The position numbers were made by a program, and so were the translations under genes. The notes beneath the pieces were generated by a model. It made no database searches. It worked only from the letters and a program-made list of their open reading frames with translations, and was not told the origin of the DNA. Below, piece after piece: positions 57,419-64,000 of a stretch of 64,000 nucleotides of DNA. Each line of letters opens with the position of its first letter. The first letter of the stretch is position 1. Source of the DNA: Candidatus Cloacimonadales bacterium (lineage in GTDB: Bacteria; Cloacimonadota; Cloacimonadia; Cloacimonadales; JAIOQZ01); contig CAXXTU010000002.1 of the NCBI GenBank assembly GCA_963662655.2, forward strand, positions 1,056,001 to 1,120,000. The letters are read 5' to 3'.

Positions 57419-58192
57419 TCATTTCATTTTGTAAGCTAATCCCTCAGGAGATATTATAGAAAAACCATATTTGTTCCGAAGCCATCGAAGATTTCGGGGG
57501 CTCAGCACGGAATTGGGACCTGCAGATTTTGCTTGGTCCCTTGTGCAAAAATAGTCACACCCTAAAGCAATACTTATTGCTACTGAATCTCCATCTGCTC
57601 ATTCAGCGGCTGCTTTAGCAATTTCTTTTGAAAATTCTGCTGGGGCATCCTGTATACCTTTAATCCAATGTTTATTATATCTATATCCAATTTCTTTGAT
57701 ATGAGCAACGCCTGCATTGTTACTTTCGATTTCCCTAGCAATTTCAAATACTCTCTTATGGTACTCATCCAATTTTCTTCCAGTGAATTTCATTCTATAT
57801 GGTTCAATACTATCATTAATCAGACCTCCAATTCGAGGTAACCGCACAATTCGAAAACCAAGCTGAATTGCATCGTTGAGATGATTCTTCAATATTGGGT
57901 TACTATCCAAATTTAAAGGCTCACCCGGCCCAATTGAAAACCTCACTCCTAAATATCCATTTATTTTTCTTTCTTCTGCTTTTATATTTTGTTTTGTTCC
58001 TCCTATGATCGATTTTCTTTGCTTTTTATTTATAGCCTCTATTGTAAAAACAGTCTCAGAAATGTATGCAACAAGCGACTCCATTCGCACAGCATCATTA
58101 ATTAACAGAAAATCATCTATAGCAGGTTCATTCGTAAAAACTGATGGTGTAGCAACTATTCTCCACACGTTGGAATCAAACATGATATCCAT
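57419..58192 (-). pseudogene. Low-GC PIN-like protein gene with one in-frame TGA (57599-57601)
   Basis: GGAGG RBS and ATG 58192 (MDIMFDSNVW). The frame stays open for 59 codons past the TGA (E*ADGDSVAISIALGCDYFCTRDQAK...YKMK). DSN, E and D..TRD acidic spacing is PIN-like. Confidence 0.7.
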
Positions 58193-58325
58193 AACGCCTC
58201 CATTAAATAACAATTGCAATATCTTTTAAATAATAGTCAAGTTTTATCACGCACAAAACAATAGCGGCAACCCATCTACACTCATGTTGCTAATAAAATA
58301 CATATCGATATGCTTGGAACGTTTA

Positions 58326-59298
58326 TCAATAAATCCCGCGCACCAGAATAAACGTCGATACCGCAATCACCAGAAAAAGCACGCTACCCATGATCAGCGA
58401 GCGAACACCACTCTGGCGAATCGCCTTGAATTTCACGGACAATCCCATTGCAGTCATCGCGAAAAGGATCAGCCAACCGCTTGCCTTCGCGAAAACCTTC
58501 GTCACACCCACAGGGACAATACCCAGACTATTGACGACCCCGCAAAGCACAAAGAACAGCACGTAGTACGGGAATTTTACCCTAGCTTTCCTGTCACCCG
58601 CGTCTCTGCCTCTCAGACTGAAGAAGAGCGCGACCGGCACCAGCATCAGCACCCGTCCCATCTTCACGATCGTACCGAGCTCACCCGCCTTGTCTCCGCC
58701 GGCAAACGCCGCCGCCAGCGCGTGCGCAACGCCCTGGAGGGATATGCCCGACCACACTCCGAACTGCTGAACATCGAGTACGTGGTGCGTCGCGATGAAC
58801 GAGTATACCACGCACGCCGATCGCTCCGAGGAAATTCACGATGGACACCGCCACCACAGACTCCTCCCGCTTTGCCTTAACGATTGGCGACATCGCGACA
58901 ATCGCCGACGCGCCGCAGATCCCGGAGCCTATTCCAACAAGCACCGGAACCTTGTCGCGAATGCGGAAGACCCGTCCCAAAATGTAGGCGATATAGATCA
59001 CGACGGGAGTGAAAACTACGATCAGCGCCAGCGTCCGGAAGCCCAGATGAAGAACCGCGGAGAAGTCGAGCTTGAATCCAAGCAAAATGATCCCGTATTG
59101 CAGCAGGTGCTTCGTGCTGAATTTTATACCCGGCTCCACCGAGTCGGGTAGCGTAATTGCATTCGAAAGCGCCATCCCGATGATGATCGCCAGCGTCACC
59201 GCCTCGAGCGGAACGAAAGCCTTCAGCCATTCGTTTAAAAAATACGCCGCAATCGATATCGCGACGACCAGTACCAGTCCATGTATCGTTTTCTTCAA
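58326..59298 (-). pseudogene. YeiH / putative sulfate exporter family membrane protein, frameshifted at ~58811
   Basis: 5' part has L..GI.LLG and G.GICGASAI.A; 3' part has K.GRV.ML.P, P.....F and AM.AMGL. Removing one base at 58811 joins them (GV-L-VYS). Confidence 0.8.
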
Positions 59299-59409
59299 AA
59301 TACACCCCGTCAATTCTTGAGGCAAAGAATTTCGGGGTACGGTAAATGTCAATCGCGCAGTTGTTAATTATGCGTTATAAATGGTGACTGGCCGATGTCA
59401 GCCCATCTG

Positions 59410-59597
59410 AGGCGAGAGCAGATTCGTTCGATCTGCCGCGACGACGTGGTGTTGCACATTTAATTTTCGGCTTCGACATTGTCGAAACGAAACCATGAAC
59501 GTTGTGATTTCGTTCCTCGAAATCATGTTAGTGGATAGTCAGATGTGCTATATCCACGTTGGAGCGGCACGATCGGGCGAAGATGCCACGCCGGTCG
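59410..59597 (+). repeat. Long-hairpin repeat family, copy with expanded loop
   Basis: AGGCGAGAGCAGATTCGTTCGATCTGCCGCGACGACGTGG...CCACGTTGGAGCGGCACGATCGGGCGAAGATGCCACGCCGGTCG. Confidence 0.88.
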
Positions 59598-59598
59598 T

Positions 59599-60060
59599 CT
59601 ACTTCCCGACCTGTCTCCGGTAAATCCTCGAGCGCTCTCCGCTGGGATCGAAGCCGTCCTCCATGCGGATCCACCCGAATTTCTCGTAGTAGCCGTCGTG
59701 ATCCGTCGTGAGGTACATCTCGCCAAAGCCTATCCGAGCCGCGTCCTTCTCCGCGCGATCCATCATCAGGCTCGCAAGTCGCTTCCCGCGATACTTCTCC
59801 TCCACGAACAGGCACGCAAACCACGGCTGTAAGTCGTGCCGGCTGATGAAATCGTTCGCGATGAGCGCGCTACACCCCGCAATCTCGTCGCCATCCAGCA
59901 GGAGATAGAACACCGGAAGACTCGTAGCGTCAGCCGAACTGTGGACGACGGCATCCAGGTAGAAGGGGAAATTGCTCTCCCGCCCCCACTTGCCGTGAAT
60001 ATACCGCGCCGCCGCTTCAATCCCTTTTGAAAATTCGTGGGCATTTATGATTTGGTACAT
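59599..60060 (-). CDS. GNAT family N-acetyltransferase
   Basis: PWFACLFV...YRGKRLA motif A; LTTDH.GYYEKFGW. Confidence 0.92.
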   Translation of the reverse strand: MYQIINAHEFSKGIEAAARYIHGKWGRESNFPFYLDAVVHSSADATSLPVFYLLLDGDEIAGCSALIANDFISRHDLQPWFACLFVEEKYRGKRLASLMMDRAEKDAARIGFGEMYLTTDHDGYYEKFGWIRMEDGFDPSGERSRIYRRQVGK

Positions 60061-60286
60061 ATATCCTCCAACTGAGTGTAAGACGTCAATTTACTTTCAT
60101 ATCCTGTCAAGTCATTCACGCATTATTTCCTTATGTAAAGATTCACCTTTTTTCCCTTGACGAAAAGACGCGAAGATGAAATAGATTTATATTGAATGAA
60201 TGTGAGCATCAGGATGCACGTATTCTCATCATTCCATTGGAGATACGCACACGTAACGCATCCGCTGAAAAGGAGATGTAACTCGT

Positions 60287-61192
60287 ATGAAGCAACTGAA
60301 ACGACTCAGCGATATCGCTCAAGTCATCCGCGAACAAGGCAAAAAGAAGCTCGCGGTCGCCTACGCTCAGGATCCCAACACCATCGAATCCATCGATATG
60401 GCCGTCAAGGAAGGCATCGTGGATGCGTACATGATCGGGGACAAGGAGCGCATTATCGCCACAGCGAAAGAGAAGAGTATCGATCCCGAATCTTTCAACA
60501 TCGTTCATGTCCCGGACGAGCTGGAATCCGCCAGAGAAGCCGTGCGCATGGTTCGCAGCGGCGAAGCGGACGTCCTCATGAAAGGGCTTGTATCAACCGA
60601 TAAATATCTCAAATCGATCCTGGACAAGGAAAAGGGGCTCCTGCCTCCGGGCAACGTCCTCAGCCACGTATGCGTCGTGGACATTCCCAAGTATCACAAG
60701 CTGATCTTCCTCGCGGATACGGCTGTTATCCCCTTCCCGGACCTGAGCCAGAAAATTGCCATGCTGAACTACACCATCGCTACCGCGCACAAGTTCGGCG
60801 TGGAGATGCCCAAAGCCGCGCTTCTCACTGCGACCGAGAAGGTCAACAGCAAGTTCCAGGCGACGATCGACGCCAGCATCATCTGCAAGATGGCGGACCG
60901 CGGCCAGATCAAAGGCGCGATTGTCGACGGCCCGATGGACTTGTTCCTCGCGTGCGACCCGGCAAGCGTGGAGATCAAGGGAATCGAGTCGCCTGTCGCG
61001 GGTGACGCGGACATCCTCATCTTCCCCACCATCGAAGCGTCGAATCTGTTCTACAAAGGCGTGATGCTTTTCGCAGGCGGCGAGCTGGCGGGTCTCCTTC
61101 AGGGAACCACCCACCCGGTCATCGTCACCTCGCGCAGCGAAAGCACCATGTCCAAGTACTATTCCATCGCAGCAGGATGTCTCACAACATAG
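60287..61192 (+). CDS. ptb: Phosphate butyryltransferase / phosphate acyltransferase
   Basis: AD.LMKG, LSHV, D....P.P, E.VN, VDGP, AG.ADIL..P.IE..N..YK, TSRS. Confidence 0.85.
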   Translation: MKQLKRLSDIAQVIREQGKKKLAVAYAQDPNTIESIDMAVKEGIVDAYMIGDKERIIATAKEKSIDPESFNIVHVPDELESAREAVRMVRSGEADVLMKGLVSTDKYLKSILDKEKGLLPPGNVLSHVCVVDIPKYHKLIFLADTAVIPFPDLSQKIAMLNYTIATAHKFGVEMPKAALLTATEKVNSKFQATIDASIICKMADRGQIKGAIVDGPMDLFLACDPASVEIKGIESPVAGDADILIFPTIEASNLFYKGVMLFAGGELAGLLQGTTHPVIVTSRSESTMSKYYSIAAGCLTT

Positions 61193-61209
61193 ATTCACAG
61201 GAGGGTGTT

Positions 61210-61653
61210 ATGAAAATCGCATTGGGAGCGGATCACGCAGGATTCGCCATGAAAGAAGCCATCAAGCAGGCGCTTGTGGAAGATGGCCGGCACGAAGTCA
61301 TCGATTTCGGCACGAACAGCGAGAAGTCCATCGACTATCCCGATTACGGATTCCAGGCTGCGACAGCGGTCGCGACAGGCGAATGCGAGCGGGGAATTCT
61401 CGTGTGCGGCTCCGGTATCGGCATGAGCATCGTCGCGAATAAGGTCAAAGGCGTGCGCGCGGCGCTGTGCCACATGAAGGACTTCGCCATTCTGTCACGC
61501 ATGCACAACAACGCCAACGTGCTGGTTCTTCCCGGGAGATTCATCTCGCATCACTACGCCAATGAAATCGTCGATGTATGGCTCTCCACGGAGTTCGAGG
61601 GCAACCGTCACCAGAACCGGCTGAACAAGATCACGGACTACGAGAAGCAATAA
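61210..61653 (+). CDS. rpiB: Ribose-5-phosphate isomerase B
   Basis: ADHAG, DYPD, CGSGIG, ANK, HNNAN, RH..R. Start at MKIALG. Confidence 0.95.
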   Translation: MKIALGADHAGFAMKEAIKQALVEDGRHEVIDFGTNSEKSIDYPDYGFQAATAVATGECERGILVCGSGIGMSIVANKVKGVRAALCHMKDFAILSRMHNNANVLVLPGRFISHHYANEIVDVWLSTEFEGNRHQNRLNKITDYEKQ

Positions 61654-61715
61654 AGAAGTTTATCGTTGATAAAGAGATCAATAGTCAAAATAATACAATG
61701 AAAGAGGTACCCATT

Positions 61716-63026
61716 ATGATGCACATCAAAAAACAGGATCCCGAAGTATTCGAAGCCATGTTCGCCGAACTGAAACGTCAGTCGGAAAACCTGGAACTGA
61801 TCGCTTCCGAAAATTTCGTATCACCCGCGGTTCTCGAAGCTGCCGGCTCGGTTCTCACCAACAAATACGCCGAAGGCTATCCCTACCGCTGGAGCAAGAA
61901 GACCGACAAGATCAACTACAATCTCTACGGTCGCTACTACGGCGGCTGCGAGTACGTTGACGACGTCGAGGAACTCGCCATCGAACGCGCGAAAGAACTT
62001 TTCGGCGCGGAACACGCCAACGTTCAGCCACACTCCGGCTCACAAGCCAACATGGCTGCCTATTTCGCGCTGCTCAAACCGGGTGACACTATCCTCAGTC
62101 TCGAGCTCTCGCACGGCGGACACCTTACACACGGTCATCCACTCAGTTTCTCAGGCGCACTTTTCAATATCGTCCCCTACGGCGTGGACAAAGATACGGA
62201 GATGTTCGACTATGACGAAATCCGCCGCATCGCCCTCGAGGTGAAACCTCAGCTCATCCTCACCGGCGCGAGCGCATATCCCCGCACGATCGATTTCGAA
62301 GCCTTCCGCAAGATCGCGGACGAAGTCGGCGCTAAATTCATGGTCGATATGGCGCACATAGCGGGACTCGTTGCTGCGGGACTGCATCCGAATCCCGTTC
62401 CTTACGCAGATGTCGTTACGACCACCACCCACAAAACGCTGCGCGGACCACGCGCAGGCCTGATCCTCTGCAAGGACGAGTACGCCAAAGCGATTGACCA
62501 GTGGGTATTCCCGGGATGCCAGGGCGGACCGCTCATGCACATCATCGCAGCGAAAGCCGTCGCATTCAAGGAAGCGCTTCAGGACGATTTCAAGGACTAC
62601 CAGAAGCAGATCGTGGAAAACGCTCGCGCGCTGATGGTTGGGCTCCTTAAACGCGGCTTCCGCCTCGTCTCCGGCGGAACCGACAACCACCTCATGCTCA
62701 TCGACCTCGGCACGGAAGAGTCGGGCGGACCTTCGGGAAAGAAGATGGAAGGTGCGCTAGACAAAGCCGGTATCACCGCGAACAAGAACACCGTTCCATT
62801 CGATACCCGCACCCCGTTTGTCGCTTCGGGTATCCGCCTGGGAACCCCGGCAGTTACCACGAAGGGACTCAAGGAAGCCGATATGGATCAGGTGGCCGAA
62901 TATATCAAGATGGTTTACGATAACTACGATAATGACGAAAAACTTGAAGAAATTAAAACACAGGTTCGTGCATTCAGCGCTAAATTCCCTCTGTATGCTG
63001 ACCTTATTGCTGAATATCGGAAATAG
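61716..63026 (+). CDS. glyA: Serine hydroxymethyltransferase
   Basis: [45 protein letters not shown]. Start ATG 61716 after GAGG. Confidence 0.97.
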   Translation: MMHIKKQDPEVFEAMFAELKRQSENLELIASENFVSPAVLEAAGSVLTNKYAEGYPYRWSKKTDKINYNLYGRYYGGCEYVDDVEELAIERAKELFGAEHANVQPHSGSQANMAAYFALLKPGDTILSLELSHGGHLTHGHPLSFSGALFNIVPYGVDKDTEMFDYDEIRRIALEVKPQLILTGASAYPRTIDFEAFRKIADEVGAKFMVDMAHIAGLVAAGLHPNPVPYADVVTTTTHKTLRGPRAGLILCKDEYAKAIDQWVFPGCQGGPLMHIIAAKAVAFKEALQDDFKDYQKQIVENARALMVGLLKRGFRLVSGGTDNHLMLIDLGTEESGGPSGKKMEGALDKAGITANKNTVPFDTRTPFVASGIRLGTPAVTTKGLKEADMDQVAEYIKMVYDNYDNDEKLEEIKTQVRAFSAKFPLYADLIAEYRK

Positions 63027-63113
63027 TTGACCTCCGTCTGTTTACTCCGGGCTTATACGCGGTTAACAGGCAAAAGGTAAATCAGTTGTAAACAAAGCAG
63101 AAAAGGAGCTTTT

Positions 63114-64000
63114 ATGGAAAAGAGATTACTGCTGCTCTTTGCAGCCATTATGATTACATTGAGCTTGAGCGCTGATATAATGATCAACGAGATCATGTAC
63201 AACTCCACCAGCTACGATAATGAATGGATCGAGCTTTACAACAGTTCGAATTCCGCTGTCGACCTCGAAGGCTACACCCTTCTGGACGATGACGCAGAGC
63301 ATATTCCGCTGGAGATTCCAAGCGGATACTCGATCGCGGCGAACGGATACTTCACGATCGCCGTGAACCACGACGTTCAGGCAGACCCATTCCCCTTCAC
63401 GCCAGATTTCGACGCAACCGAAATCAACGAGTGGAACCTGGGAAATGGAACGGATACGATCAACCTGTTCGATCCGAGCGCGAACCTCATCGATACCGTT
63501 ACCTACGACGACGGCGATCCATGGCCAACTGCACCGGATGGCGATGGTCCGTCCCTTGAACTGATCAACCCCTCCATGGACAATTCCGTTGCATCGAGCT
63601 GGCAGGCCAGCTACGTTGACGGCGGCACTCCAGGAGCGCAGAACTCCCAGGCTGAAATGCCGATTCTCTCGCTGAATCCCACTTCGATCGATTTCGGTAT
63701 TGTTGTTTACGAAACCGAATATACCGAAGGCCTGACATTAACCAACGCCGGAACGCAAGACCTGATCCTTCAGACTGTCGAGTATCCTTCCGACGACTTC
63801 GACATGTTTGAACTCGATCGCGATCTCGAGCTTCCTCAGACGATCACTCCAGGCTCTCAGATCACTGTCGACGTATTCCTGAACGTTGCCGAAGCTACGC
63901 TGAGAGACATCATTTTCGAAGGTAACATCGTCTTCAGCGGAAACTTTGAAACGGTCAACCTTCCTGTTTCGTACACCATTGAAACGCCTTCGGTCGGTGT
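63114..64000 (+). CDS. Secreted lamin-tail-domain (LTD) protein followed by an ASH/choice-of-anchor-D Ig domain; runs off the window end
   Basis: Not in the ORF track. AAGGAG RBS; MEKRLLLLFAAIMITLSLSA-DIMINEIMYN...EWIELYN...DL.GY.L...G.SLEL...GTPGAQNS. Confidence 0.88.
   Translation, partial: MEKRLLLLFAAIMITLSLSADIMINEIMYNSTSYDNEWIELYNSSNSAVDLEGYTLLDDDAEHIPLEIPSGYSIAANGYFTIAVNHDVQADPFPFTPDFDATEINEWNLGNGTDTINLFDPSANLIDTVTYDDGDPWPTAPDGDGPSLELINPSMDNSVASSWQASYVDGGTPGAQNSQAEMPILSLNPTSIDFGIVVYETEYTEGLTLTNAGTQDLILQTVEYPSDDFDMFELDRDLELPQTITPGSQITVDVFLNVAEATLRDIIFEGNIVFSGNFETVNLPVSYTIETPSVG

Noticed and set aside
57599..57601. Genome-wide TGA reassignment
   Set aside because: Conserved genes here (hddC, the kinase, the TagF-like gene) end at TGA normally; only one in-frame TGA was seen.

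Overview
A bacterial chromosomal window of moderately high GC with two short AT-rich islets. Gene content (diderm-type outer-membrane patatins, giant modular secreted proteins without a Bacteroidota T9SS C-terminal domain, Ptb) suggests an anaerobic FCB-group lineage such as Candidatus Cloacimonadota; this is inference only. Left to right: two tandem PlpD-like patatins, a TPR protein and tRNA-Ala(CGC); a surface-glycan cluster (GT4, GT2, WlbABC-like trio, priming phosphoglycosyltransferase, rmlDC, hddC-gmhA-hddA, TagF-like, CgeB-like); nth-xth; membrane proteins including a TMEM175 channel; about 20 kb encoding three giant secreted proteins (2354, ~1023 and 3240 aa); a soluble TPR histidine kinase, a sigma-54 activator and a small pseudo-receiver; a low-GC DUF2971-like gene beside two tRNA-Asp; then housekeeping genes (hslO, asnS, RlmL-like, ptb, rpiB, glyA) with two interrupted genes. 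Best leads: (1) a self-contained sigma-54 regulon visible in the DNA, in which the same GAACG-N4-CGTTC palindrome lies ~73 bp upstream of a -24/-12 promoter for both the 3240-aa protein and the pseudo-receiver; (2) a four-copy long-hairpin element family with compensatory base changes; (3) a shared C-terminal 'W...Y...F[FY]xV' domain on all three giant proteins, a candidate sorting signal; (4) two amphipathic Ser/Thr-rich beta-hairpins in the 3240-aa protein that resemble pore-forming-toxin stems. All family assignments are from motif recognition, not database searches.
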